Source of the DNA: Glycera tridactyla
Taxonomy: Eukaryota
Direction: 5' to 3'
Assembly (NCBI GenBank): GCA_965644265.1
Contig: OZ286474.1
Location: 5,580,001 to 5,644,000, forward strand
DNA length: 64,000 nucleotides
Shown: positions 1 through 13,187 of the stretch, piece after piece
Layout: every line of letters starts with the position of its first letter
How positions within the stretch are numbered: position 1 is the stretch's first letter
Program-made: the position numbers and the translations under genes
The notes under the pieces: model-generated
The model's input: the letters and a program-made list of their open reading frames with translations, nothing else
What the model was told of the DNA's origin: nothing
Database searches by the model: none

Positions 1-3000
1 AGGGTTGATATTATTCTACTATAAAAACAAATGTTCAATAATCGTCATACAGTGTAACGGGGCAAATGAGAAGATTTCCCAAGAAGAAGCCAGACAACAT
101 GACACCTGAGATATGACACACAGATGGCCAACAAGAATGAGGGCCAGTCGCGTCAGATAGAATGATGGGAATAAAGAAGACATTGCACCAAAGATAAGGA
201 GCAATAAAAACCAAAATTTGGGGATGATGCTTCAACCACAGGAGTTTGCTATCATAGGTAATGATGGCCCTGGGAAGAATGTGACACGTAGAAAATCAAA
301 ACAACATAGAGGGTAATGTACAAACCCAACATACATTTTACGCCCAAATTAGCGACTTGTTACCACATTGTGAATGCAGGTGGTAACATGCATCTGATAT
401 AGACAATGTGATATTTCTGAGTATGCCCTATTCGAATGTCAATGACAGCTTGAAGAAGAGCATACTGGGCTTCATCATATAATAAATACAGAACCCAGAA
501 TGGAGTGTGTATGGAGGCTATTTACTCATCATTGCTATGTTGGCATCAGGCACCTGTGGCCTGTGGCCATGTCAGCACTTAGGATGAGTAGCGGTGGACG
601 ACTGAAGCGGGCCATGCACACGCCACATTGACTTGGTGTATAAATGTATGTTTTGTCTGTTATCATGGCGGGATATGATCACTTGCACCAATCAAGTTTA
701 CTATTCAGGCTTTTGTGTATCACAGGCAGTATTTTGAATACGTAACACACATACACAGGTCTATATATATATTGATATATATCGAACACTTATATATACG
801 GTCTGTTGAAATGCAGCACTTGCAGTGTGAAAGCCCATGGAGTTCTCTGTATCTTGTTGCTGGTCAATCCATGAAAAAAAACAACTGATATGCCATCGAC
901 AAGTTACAAGCCATAAAATCACAAAATGGGCTAAGTATGTTTGTCTTGGTATAAAACCAGTGTACAGTCTGTACTACTTAGGTACAATAATAATAGTACA
1001 TGATATTAATGGAGTATATATGAGTGAGTTAGTACTAACGACCTCGGAAAAAAGCAGTGGACCTGTACAAAGGGCAAAGACAAGGACTGAATAATAGGTG
1101 GCTAAATAAGTATTTAGAAAAATATAATTTATATCTTACTCTAACAATTATCAAAGTAATCAAATGTGGTCTGAGATATTACGTTCAAAACACCTCACTG
1201 CTAATCAGTATGTGAGCAATGTGGACTGAACATGGAAGGGAGCTATGTGAGAATATATTCACACTTCACCAACAGACACTTGCTACATGCCGCACTTCTC
1301 ACCTCAACATCTGCTCGCACCAAACAATTTATCTCATGGTCTCATGATACTTTGCCATAATGTCTGTATCAAAATTAATATATATTGAGTTGAGATTGAG
1401 TATGAGGACCAGTTTCATTTGGCTTTATTTGATAGGCTGAGTACAAATCATTGTTACAAGAAAACATGACAGAATCACAAGAAGCCAATCAGAAAGAGGG
1501 GTTCTTTTTGAGTATTGATAACATTCTAGCGATCACTATGTGTTCCAAAATACATTTGATGATTCTGTTTCAATTTGTGATTGTTTACAATTCTGTTTTC
1601 AATATATGTTTGTTTACAATTCTTTTTGGCTATATGTTTATTTACAATTCTGTTTTGTTATATGCTTCTTTACAACAGCAAAGTGACGGTTGTAGCACGT
1701 GTCTGATGGGGGGGTGATAAGAAGCGGTGATTGTAGATGGCACTTGGCAAAGGTACGATAACAACACGTGATGAGACAGGCATCACGTCCAGACAATTGT
1801 GGTGAATTCAGCAACTCACTGCCATCTCTCATCAGGTTGAGGGTAGACACAGCACATTCTGGCAGGAACATCAGAGTGATTCACTCCTAACATGCTTCTC
1901 ACAAGTTGTATATGTTTGGAGAACCTTGCACCTTTTCATTATAATGCTCCACAGAGGAAACAGGCAAAAGCAAGCATTTCACCCCGGAATATCCTCATGA
2001 CCCAGTTTGTTTCATAGCAGATTGAGAAATATGGTCGTAATTCATTGCTGTCAACTTAGATTTCACAGAATGTCCAGTCCTGGAGATGCCATCAGATAAC
2101 TACCAAGACTGGTTACTCACTTCTGTTGGAAGAATTGGGAATCAAATACTTCAATCATCAGATGATCGGAAAAGTGTTTCTTGGTGCAAATATCATGAGA
2201 TAGACAGGATTCAGACAGGAATTACTTCAATGACTGCTAAAATTCACTGGAAAAATCCATGGGGATTTGAGAATCCGCTGTCAAGTGCCTGTGCATAAGT
2301 ATTTGTTTTCTGCAGATAAAAGCTACTCATTTTCCAATCTCATCAAAAGGAATAAAAGCCAAGAGGCGTTGGTGGATCATGATGGCGCCCATACTGAGAG
2401 TTGATTCCATTGTGTATGAGATATGTGGCAATGATTGCACCGCTCTAACATATGACTGAACAGAGGCAGAACACATCAAGTCCCTCCAATCCTCCAGCAA
2501 CTGTCTGTCTGTATTGACCCGGCATTCAGTTCATCACGCCGTGTACTGAAACCTTTCTTGGAATATGGTACAATTCGTTACACTAATGACAAATCTATTG
2601 AAATGAAAAGGGAAATCTTCCACAGTCAGGCTATATATATATAGCAACAAAAATGCCAAGATACTCACAATAAATATATAAATATTGAATCTGGAATGAA
2701 GCAAAAACAACCAACCACCTCTGTCAGTGTTATCGTCATCCTCGACATGACGACAGCTTGACAAAGGAAGCAAGGAGAGGCAGTATATGGATGCCCATCA
2801 CTGTGATATTTCACAAAAAATAATCAAGATGCTTTGAAACCCCTGAGACAAGTCATTTTGTTAATATGGTTACGGCACGGCTACTACAGTGTTTTGTAAA
2901 CAGTAAACTACATGTACGCTAACCCAACAAGTCTGCCGACTCGTTGTCCTCGGACCCACGTCATGCTCACCAACCACATGCTCACACCTTCATGCATTCA

Positions 3001-4228
3001 CACCCTGTGGATATAGCACATCCTAATGTGCGGATATAATGGGAAAATCAAAAAGGGATTAGATATATTGCCTAGATGGTTCTACATACAAAACGATTTC
3101 AAATATTTGGGAAAAAATACATTTATCACAAGTATGACTCATGTCCACACTACGGCCACAAGTGCCATGCTACTGGTAAGCCTTTGCTCAGTCTTGTCAG
3201 TTTCACACTCTCACCAGGTTTGACACATGAGCTCATCACCAGCCAGGTGTGTAGCTCCAGTGTCAACGTCCATTCTAGCAGCCCTAATAGGCTCACGTTT
3301 GTGAACCAGATGGAGGTGCTGCAGAGAGTTTGGACCAATTTTGGCAAGTGATCATCCACTAAACTGCTTACATTTACGTCAAGGCAACTGAATCTACGAA
3401 AGTAAACTTTTGGCTTAATTGATATTCGAGGATCAGCCCTTTTGGCTATATAATCAACCCCAAAAACCATTATATGAATGGCATAAGTACACTTTAGTTT
3501 GTAATATATGGTTAAATATCCACCTAAACAGTAGAAAGGAAAACTTGTGAGCATGCTGAAATGTGAGTGGTATGGATACACAGATTGTCATTCTCTCTGG
3601 GTAGATCTCTGGGCACACAATATAAGGACGCCATCTTTTCCGATGGCTCGATCTCAGAACAGGGGAGTAGTTCACAATGTGCAGGTTCAACAGACATGAT
3701 CAATGCCACATTCAACCACCAGGTGACTCTGCAAATGCATAGCAAGACAGCGTTTCATATGGAGGGACTGATGTCATAAATCTGTGATACAAAATTCTGA
3801 TGCCAAACTCAATTCAATTCAATTTCAAGAGCAGAACAAGAGAGAAAAATTGAGGTTCAAAAAATTACATACTGAATGCCTTTTTCTTGGCGGAATAACC
3901 ATGTCACCTTGTGAAGAATGATTCATATCTGTAGTGATGCTCACATCAAATGAGTATTCATTTCATGAGCGCTGTCTAACTTGTTCTCCGTTACTTGGCA
4001 GCCAGCGAGCCGGGGTTGTTTATGACCTCTATGAACTATAACTGCACGAGTGTGATAACAATGATCCCGAGTGAGCACTAACTACTGCCAGAGACCGTGC
4101 AAATATAGAAAAGATCGGGAGACATGAGGAGATGAGTAGCAGCAGACCATGGAGAGAGGATGAGTAGCAGCAGACCATGGAGCTCAGCATGTCAGGAGGG
4201 AAGCCAGCAGACAGAAGTAAGCAGCATC

Positions 4229-4325
4229 GTTACGGTGGTGAAAGCTTCATGTTACGGTGGTGAAAGCTTCATGTTACGGTGGTGAAAGCTTCATGTTATG
4301 GTGGTGAAAGTTTCAAGTTACGGTG
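4229..4325. repeat. 22-bp tandem repeat x~4.5 (gttacggtggtgaaagcttcat), preceded by a 28-bp x2 duplication at 4131-4182
   Basis: Direct reading. Confidence 0.9.
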
Positions 4326-7203
4326 CAACTCTGACACAGATCTACGTTCTACAGTGTGGGAAGCTTTACGCGGATCCCAGGTCAACAGATGCTCAACGTC
4401 TACATTCCACACCTCGTAATACTGATGTGAATACTTGCGAGCCAGGATCAGCAACTTGCGGAGGTAATTGCACATGAAATATCGCTCCATTGCTGCACAG
4501 ACTCGTTTATCTCTCTCAATGGATCACTAGACAAATGTTTAGTATTAAACTCGATATTAGGAGTGGGAAAGCAGCCGGGTCAGTGAGTTAAGGATAACAG
4601 TGAGATGGGAGAGAGAGAGACATATTGCACATAGCAAGTCATGCGACTTCCCATCCACTCTACGTCTAAATACATCCCCTAATGACACACTACAATCAAT
4701 TACATTATATTCACAGAGTTCGCTGTATAGTGACAAGTGACGTGGAAACCAACCATGGACTGATTCAAGTGATTGTGGGCTTTATATCATTGAGCAATCA
4801 TGCATGTAATGCACCAGTCCAATGATTGGAACAGAAATATACTGCAATTCTAGTGGTTTCAGATAGGAGTTACTCAGTAGGAATACTCTATATATATCTA
4901 CTGAAGTATGCTATGAGAGATCTGAATCCCCATTGTAGGAATGCAGGCAATATCAGGTTTGCATCTTTGCCAAGTAATTCACTGTGGTGTGCACGTTGTC
5001 AGTAACTTAATTATATCAGCAAGTATTGACTGACTGTTGCACCATTGTCTGCCTGGCTTAAGAGAACACACTCTACCAAGCTCCACTGCCTCCAGTCATC
5101 TTCAGCCCACTATCAAGTGTTATTTTGATACCAGAAATACTGTTCACGGACTTAGCTCAACATTTTTTCTGCTTTTGTGGATTCAATATTGACTTGCTGA
5201 TAATTCCCCTAAAGCGTGATAACAGCTCCAATGCCATTACACAATCAGTAAGGGGCAGAAATGGGTTTGCAAGTTAGAATCAAACAAGCCAATGTTCATA
5301 CTGAAAGATTGAATATCTCCTTTTGAGATTTCACAGCACCATGGATTTTGTGCAAGTATTATCTGCTCTTCTTGCTTCGTATTCATCAATGTATTAGACA
5401 CCACCATCGATGTACTCATGAAATGAATAAAAGTTATTTTATAGTTATCTTGATGATGTAACAATGTGTCCTTGCTGATAAATCTTAATAATCAGTACAA
5501 TCACCAAATAATTTATGACGATAAGGCTTATAAATAGGTTACCAAAATACTGGACAATGTACATGATAAAATATTTCATAAATAGTTGTAAATAACCTCC
5601 CCTTTATAAAGAGAAGTGTTCATATTAACAATATGTATACATTTCCTAAAATGTGTGGTTGTTGAACTCCCATTTGTTTAGTTGAGTAATGCACCGCATA
5701 ATGTTTTTCAAGCATAGTTATATGCAATGGAAAATACATGTTTCCATTATCCTCCTCATTAATATCCAACTGAACCATGTCATGTGCATCCAATTCATTG
5801 GAGATTTATTTTGATGGAGTTTGGACTCGCAAATTTGAACAACAGCCTTATTAGGGTTGAGAAATAACGTATGATCCAACAAAAATAATATAATATACCT
5901 TGAAGGCTATAATTGCTATAACATCATAATCAACATAACCAGTATTAAATATTCACGTGTTTAACCCAGGCCAAAACTTCTATTTGGCCACATTGATAGT
6001 CAATAGCATTTGTGTTAATAACCACAAAAATTGGTGAAGTCGACTAGAACATGCAATGAACCACACCTCTCAAATAATGCATAAAACAATTCAAAATCTT
6101 CATATTAGTTTCTGTATGACAGTCACTTTCTGAGAAGTGAACTAATTACCACGTTTTGGCAGGGATTTATTTCGATGGATACAATTGGCTATGGACCGAT
6201 AGCGCAGTGATTGGCTTCTCGTAACAATTATACTGAATTATTGGTGAGGAAAGAGGATTCTACTAGGAACTATAACCTCCATCAGCATTTGCAGTTTTCA
6301 GTCTGCATTCATCAGACTCCAAATTCATATCAATTAAATGGAAGGATTGTCATGAATGGGATGCATGATATATAGTCTTGAATGTGGATCATGTCTGATC
6401 AGATACGGTGCTGCCTCTTCAAGCAGACAGCAAATCAAGCCAACTAAGCTATCAATGTTTGGGGGGAGAATATCTAGTGGACACCACCTAAACACATCAC
6501 CAATGTGCTCCTCAGGAGACAAAGAAAAGTGAAGGACATTAAGAAAGAGAGAAAACTAGTGGCAACATCTGTACACTCCGGACAACTATACACATGCAGC
6601 TTCTTCGTATATAAGGAGGGAAAAAACTTTTCAAGTTTGATCAAGATTCACTGAGTAACCAAGGTGAGGCAATGACTTCCTGGAGTCAAAGAGTCAAGTG
6701 TTTCTCTGGAAACAGCCTGAGGGGTTACAGAATGAGCTTGCCTACTAGCAAAGGGTCGAAGTTCAAGAGCCTCAACGTCTCGTTAAGGCCGAGAACTTTT
6801 ATTATGGGTGCTTCCCTTGTCAAGGCAAAATCAGCTGGGAAGACCAACTTCATTATCAACGTCACAGTCATCAACTTTATCCAAACATAAACAAACACAC
6901 ACACACACACACATGCTCCCGATACCACACCACTCAGTCCCACTTCAGATTCCATTCATTTGAAATTGAAGCATCATAGAAACATTTTCTCTAATTTGGT
7001 TGAGAATTACAAGTGGTTTGTGAGCTGGACAGATTAGACGCTGGTATCTAGGTATAGCCTGCCTGTATGTGTGTGTGTGTATGTATGTCTGCATATATAA
7101 TACATGGCCAATAGAAACAAGACACACTCAGTCAACATCATTATTATCATCATCATCATTTCACAATTCCCTTCAGAGCTAGGTATGGATCAATGTAAGA
7201 CTC

Positions 7204-7268
7204 TCCTCCTCCTCCTCCTCCTCCTCCTCCTCCTCCTCCTCCTCCTCCTCCTCCTCCTCTTCCTCCTC
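7204..7268. repeat. (CCT)n microsatellite, ~21 units
   Basis: Direct reading. Confidence 0.97.
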
Positions 7269-8007
7269 GGTCACATCTAGACATTGGCTAACATTCTGTA
7301 CAACATGAGAAAAACTATCCAATCTGTACAACTGTGCGACACTCACCCGCGTGCAACATTTGGTGTTGCTGCAACTGCAAATCTACTCACTCCCGCCCCC
7401 CCTCTCTCTCTCTCTCTGTGGCTACAAGCTACTCTCTGCTAACCAACTCTACCCTAGCTTCAGTTGCCCTTGCACTTAGAAATTACACACTTTCCCATCA
7501 CACAGACACTCATCACTGCATTCCTCAAGGGCAACAAACAAAGGGGAACAACCCAAATTTGGTTGGGATTCTACGATACAATAATCGCATCACTGCGCTG
7601 AACCTGCCATTTTATCCCTCGGGCAGATGTATAAATTTGCAGTTGCTGATTGCAACACCGAAAATGTGCAAAGAAATGAGTGCAATTAACACACGGAAGC
7701 TACGATCACCATGACAACGCCGACAGAAACAACGACCAATCACAGGACATCACAAGTCAATGAGTAGCAGCTACTGCTAAAAACATGAAATCTATCAACT
7801 ACATTAAAAACTCACATGTTCATTTCCTATTTACAAGAAAGGCCATAGGCCAGTGGCCTTTAGCAAAGTTGAAACAATAAAAACGGTCTGAATCAGAATC
7901 ATTTAAAAACTCAACGGTGGACCTATGACTACTGGATAGTGCACGTTTGTGTCCACAGCTGTCAATCAAACCAAACCCCCATCATTCCGTGTCTTCCTCC
8001 ATAAAAC

Positions 8008-8357
8008 CAGAGTTTACTCCACACAGAGTTCACTCCACACAGAGTTTACTCCACACAGAGTTCACTCCACACAGAGTTTACTCCACACAGAGTTCACTCC
8101 ACACAGAGTTTACTCCACACAGAGTCTACTCCACACAGAGTTTACTCCACAGAGTTCACTCCACACAGAGTTTACTCCACACAGAGTCTACTCCACACAG
8201 AGTTTACTCCACACAGAGTTTACTCCACACAGGGTTTACTCCACACAGAGTTTACTCCACACAGAGTATACTCCACACAGAGTTCACTCCACACAGAGTT
8301 TACTCCACACAGAGTTTACTCCACACAGAGTTTACTCCATACGGAGTTTACTCCACA
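8008..8357. repeat. 16-bp minisatellite x~22 (cagagtttactccaca)
   Basis: Direct reading; variants gttc/gtct/gtat. Confidence 0.97.
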
Positions 8358-11166
8358 AAGCACCACTCAGAAGAGTAGAATTGTGTGGTCACAATCTCAG
8401 AGCATGTATCACAACATGGGATTGTTTATATTCTGTTTGAAATCTATGAGAGCAGGATGCCTTGCATCTGCAATGCCTGCATCATGAAACATACGACTGA
8501 CACACATGGCTTCTATTTTACTAAATCCAATAGGAATGCATCTTCAAGAGCATGTAACACAGAAAATACCTCGTGGTATACAATGAGAAACAGCTGTCTT
8601 GATTCATCATTTGCAAACCATAATCACTAATCTCCAAAATCATTTTGATGTACAAATTTTTGTGAGTTTATGTAAATTACGTGTGGATGGAGGGGAGTGA
8701 TTTGATTGGCAAGCTGTGATACGCCTCATGACTCAGCTTGTGACAAATGTCATGATCAGATCTGTGCTTGTCACGTGGAGAAATATATCAAGTGTTTACT
8801 GCAGGGATAGCATTGACTTACACATGTCGTGTACATGCTGGGTTCCTTCATCAGAATGAGCCCCAGTCACAATCAGAGGCAGAAAAATAAAAACTCGTCA
8901 GGTAACCGTGAGTTATTTGAAAGAAGGCAATACCTGCAGACCAATGAGATGGATAACCAATCAAATGGTAGCTTTTACCTTCATTACTCAAACCATGTAA
9001 CATGCAGACTGTGTAAATAAATCATCCATCTGCGGTACAGATGAGTCATTAGAATTCAACACTTCTTAATTTAAAAAGATCATGACCTGAAACCCAATTA
9101 TTCCGAAAAGATAATTCCATGATCTGATACAGCCATTTTACACAAGCTTGACAGTCACCATGAATAGGTCAATAATGCAAGATCAAGGTCATCATGGGGT
9201 CACCACTAGGTGGCAGTCAAGCCTCCCAGCCACCTGGAGGAGATACACAAGGGCGTCATGTGGATAGCATGTATACAACCAGCCGGCCAGAATTTGGAGC
9301 ATGAAATTTGAACAAAATACTTCAAGATTGTTCAAAATAGTTAAAGATAGTTCCATTCACCAGAAATCTGGAGCAGGTTGAAAACCTGATAATAATCTGA
9401 AGGATATTTCTATACTCAATGGGCTCACACTCACTCTGTATTTTTGTATCTTTGTTGAAGAATTAGAGATATTGAAGGTGAATTAGCAACCAGCTGGAAT
9501 GCCATGAAATGACAAGCCTGAACTGAGGGCTGATAACAAGGGTGAAATGATCACATGTCATGCTCTGCCATCTGACAACATCCAAGCCAATGTGCTTACA
9601 ACACTGCTCATGTATGCTCTCACTCTAAAATTACCTAAAACAAGCTGGGGATGCTGCAGTGTAGAGCTGACTGAGCAAGGAGATGGTACTATGTCACTCC
9701 TCCTGAGCCTTGCATGAAAGAATGAATATGTCATGAGAATGCTAGCAGAACTGCACTTAACCCCACATTGAAGGGAAATGCCTGCAAAATTTGTCATCAC
9801 TTGCCATCAGAAGACAGAGTTGGCGGCTGAGGGCTGACTGCCGACCGCACGGTTTCCCGGTCACATCATCATCATCATCATCGCATCTACCAACCGCATC
9901 AATAAACTAATCACCCATAAAAAATAGCAATTCAAAAGTGAATCTCAAAAATAAGCCTTGCTTCTGATTATAGCTACATAAAATCAACACAGTAATGGAT
10001 CGACTGATTCCATATACATATTAAGTGGACAGAAAATTGTGTACAATGAAATCAACAATTAAAATGATTTGTTCAGCTCAAATGGATGGAACAGTAACAC
10101 TCATAAGTTCCATGTCATATGAACATTTGAATTTACAAATATTCTTCAAATTCATCTACAAAGTTCATCATTATAAATCAACAAATCCCCATCTTTCATG
10201 CCGTCTTCACTCTTGGTCACTGCTCTCACTGTCTCCTGGATAGCGACACCTCTCACAATCATCAGCCAGTAGGAGAGGTGATGATTGATCCACCACTATT
10301 ATCATCTTCTAATGATAGAGAAGAAAGCGGCGATGTTCTATACTGTGACGTCGCCAGATGGCGTTCTCCCCAGGAGACAATGGTAACAGTGAGAAGCTCA
10401 GACAATATCTCCAGCTGAGCTGGTAGACGCCTCTTACCAATGATTCACGCAGTTAGCTTGGCATCTCACTTACTTAGCCACACGTCACCTGTGCACTCAC
10501 TCCTAAAAGCAGCCTTCCTTAACGTTAAATTACACATTCCTGTACTGTCCTACGATGGGATTGTTCATCAATGATATAAGAGTCTTTACATTATTCTACG
10601 TGCACAAAATTCAAGTTTGTTTTCTCCTCAGATCATGATCGGCAATGAAGGCAGTTTCGTCGTCGATCGGCTTCGGACCCATTCAGATCTTGGCCGCGAT
10701 CATTCGTGTTTGTTGTTTGGTTTTCAGCAGGGCAGACTGGTGGTTCCTCTAGTCTTGCTTGGATGTGTACGGTGGGGTTGGTTCATCCAAATGATGGAGC
10801 ACACGTCACCCATCCAACTAAACTCCTGCGGCTGATACGTAATCACAATCAACAAGTCCCCGCAACAGAATTACATAAAACAAAGACCTAATGCTACTGC
10901 AGTTTTGACCAATAAGGATGGGAATCAGACTTGTCATCTTCCACATGATGTGTTGATGGGGTGTATCAGAGAAATGAATGTCATCCAGAGATGCTGACCA
11001 GACGAGGATGCGTGGAAAGATGGGCGGCCGAGTTCTGAATGGGTGCCACAATCTGAGCTGGGTGGGGGGTCTCGCTAATGTCAGCGAGTCCCCAGCATAC
11101 AGAGTTAGTCCTGATGATCACCCCCCTACGAGAGGAAGGCAATCCAACTCCTCTACGTCTCTTGGC

Positions 11167-11679
11167 ACAATCAGTGATCGGGTATACTCAAAATCTGAAA
11201 CAGAAAAACAACCAATCAAAAATACAATCAGTGGTCGGGTATACTCAAAATCTGAAACAGAAAAACAACCAATCACAAATACAATCAGTGATCGGGTATA
11301 CTCAAAATCTGCAACAGAAAAACAACCAATCAGAAATACAATCACTGGTCGGGTATACTCAAAATCTGAAACAGAAAAACAACCAATCAAAAATACAATC
11401 AGTGATCGGGTATACTCAAAATCTGAAACAGAAAAACAACCAATCAAAAATACAATCAGTGGTCGGGTATACTCAAAATCTGAAACAGAAAAACAACCAA
11501 TCACAAATACAATCAGTGATCGGGTATACTCAAAATCTGCAACAGAAAAACAACCAATCAGAAATACAATCACTGGTCGGGTATACTCAAAATCTGAAAC
11601 AGAAAAACAACCAATCAAAAATATTATCAGTGGTCGGGTATACTCAAAATCTGAAACAGAAAACAACCAATCAAAAATA
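11167..11679. repeat. 57-bp minisatellite x9 with a 4-unit (228-bp) higher-order repeat
   Basis: Unit starts at 11167, 11224, 11281 ... 11623; variant order A,B,C,D,A,B,C,D',B'. Confidence 0.97.
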
Positions 11680-11951
11680 TAATAAGAAGGAAACTATGTC
11701 TCATGATACGACATTGGAATGTACATCATTAGAAATCATCCGATTTTTCATGGTTTTCAGTCACCTGCTTGTCATGTTACATTTGACATTGCAATTGCTG
11801 ATATATCAAATCAAAACACATGAACTTTGAACACATACTGAACAGAATGCAACATTCTGCCCTATTTTCCCTTGTCAAGTGAGGCTCATGGCCAATTGCA
11901 TTATTCAGTTATATAAAGTGCTTATTTGAGGTGATAGAAGATGAAAATACT

Positions 11952-12489
11952 TTTATTCAAATTCAGGATACAGTGCCATAATTCAATGAAAACTACATCT
12001 GTACCCTGAAAATATGAAACCACAAATCACAGTGAATGATTTTAGAGTAAAGAAGTTGTGAATGGGCAAGTATTCTTGTTTGCTTGTACGGCAATCCATG
12101 ATTCCTTCGAGGTTCATTGTATACAGAATCTATTTATCAATTAAAGAAACTCATCATAAAGATCAGGACGGGAGTGGATGCTAAGCTCTCCCTTTCACCA
12201 CAAATGACTGTATAAATAACCTTGATACTATCAGACTCACTTCAAGAAAACACAATACTGCTCCATCACTACACAGATGATGGGAGACTTCATCCAGCTG
12301 CAAGTCTAATCTCTCACTACCCATGATGCAGCAGCCACAACGCCAATCAATACGAGTGAACAGAGTTAGTACCTCAAGAGTGGAGTGAATTAGAATGTAT
12401 GAAAGAATGAAAAATCCCTGCCGATATCGGGGCCAGTGACTCGCCGATTCCTGGCATTTGGTAGATCTATATAGGATGGTGGCATTTCA
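11952..12489 (-). other. Candidate terminal exon / 3'UTR of the RBMS gene (TGA is the first codon at 12489-12487; AATAAA at 11957-11952)
   Basis: Long pyrimidine tract ttcttctctcgtttgcttctctctgtaacttcatgctgctgcag followed by TGA in phase 0, and a poly(A) hexamer ~530 nt downstream. Competing candidates exist at 11125 and 10308. Confidence 0.35.
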
Positions 12490-12592
12490 CTGCAGCAGCA
12501 TGAAGTTACAGAGAGAAGCAAACGAGAGAAGAATCTTGAACTCCTAGCAAAAGCTCCCATGCTTCATCATTTGCTTCAGGTCCTTGTATTTA

Positions 12593-13050
12593 CAGTGGCT
12601 GAGAGGGGACCTGGTAAAGAATAAAAATCCTAATTCTTATTTTGTTCCCTCAAGATAACTTTCTTGTTCCCTCAAAAAAGTTTCTTATTCCATCAACATA
12701 GTTGTCGTTACCCTTTGGGTGCTTGCACCAATCTTCATTTCAAGACATGAATTTAATTGTTGCAGACACGTTTTCCTCAAGATAGTTCCCTCAAGATAAC
12801 ATCTTGTTCCCTTAAAATAGTTTTTCATTGCTGCAGCAGTTAATGTTGGACCATTATCATTTGTGCATGATTCAATCAGCTGTAAAACCAATAGGTCTCA
12901 ACAATAATCATGTGGAAAACATATTTTGAGGGAATGAGAAACTATTTTGAAGGAAGAAGAAAATCATTTTGAGGGAACAAGATGTTATCTTGAGGGAACA
13001 AAATAAGAATTAGGATTTTCATTCTTTACCATGTCCCCTCTCAGCCACCG
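12593..13050. mobile_element. MITE with ~85-bp near-perfect terminal inverted repeats, flanked by TA (Tc1/mariner-type target signature)
   Basis: Left end TA|cagtggctgagaggggacctggtaaagaataaaaatcctaattcttattttgttccctcaagataac. The right end reverse-complements to cggtggctgagaggggacatggtaaagaatgaaaatcctaattcttattttgttccctcaagataac, followed by TA. Internal ttccctcaagata subrepeats; no transposase ORF. Confidence 0.9.
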
Positions 13051-13103
13051 TATGTATTTTTTGACTACTTAAAAAAGTGTGTGGGACTGCATGGATGGCT
13101 TAC

Positions 13104-13187
13104 CTCAGGTTGTCCCATGGGCTGCATCAACGCTTGCTGGGGGTAGCCCGCAACTTGGGTGTACGTCCCGTGTGGTCCCGTTACATA
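13104..13187 (-). CDS. shep/RBMS: RBMS/Shep exon ([28 protein letters not shown])
   Basis: Acceptor tctgttttcttctgttgcag, donor GAG|gtaagc; 84 nt, phase 0 to 0. Y/Q/P composition continues the tail (GTS|Y junction). Confidence 0.78.

Noticed and set aside
2300-2460. Plus-strand acceptor-like tttgttttctgcag followed by a short open frame
   Set aside because: No donor, no partner exon and no recognisable peptide.
10978-11830. 234-, 250- and 182-aa overlapping ORFs
   Set aside because: Products of the 57-bp array, open on both strands as expected for a stop-free unit whose length is a multiple of 3.
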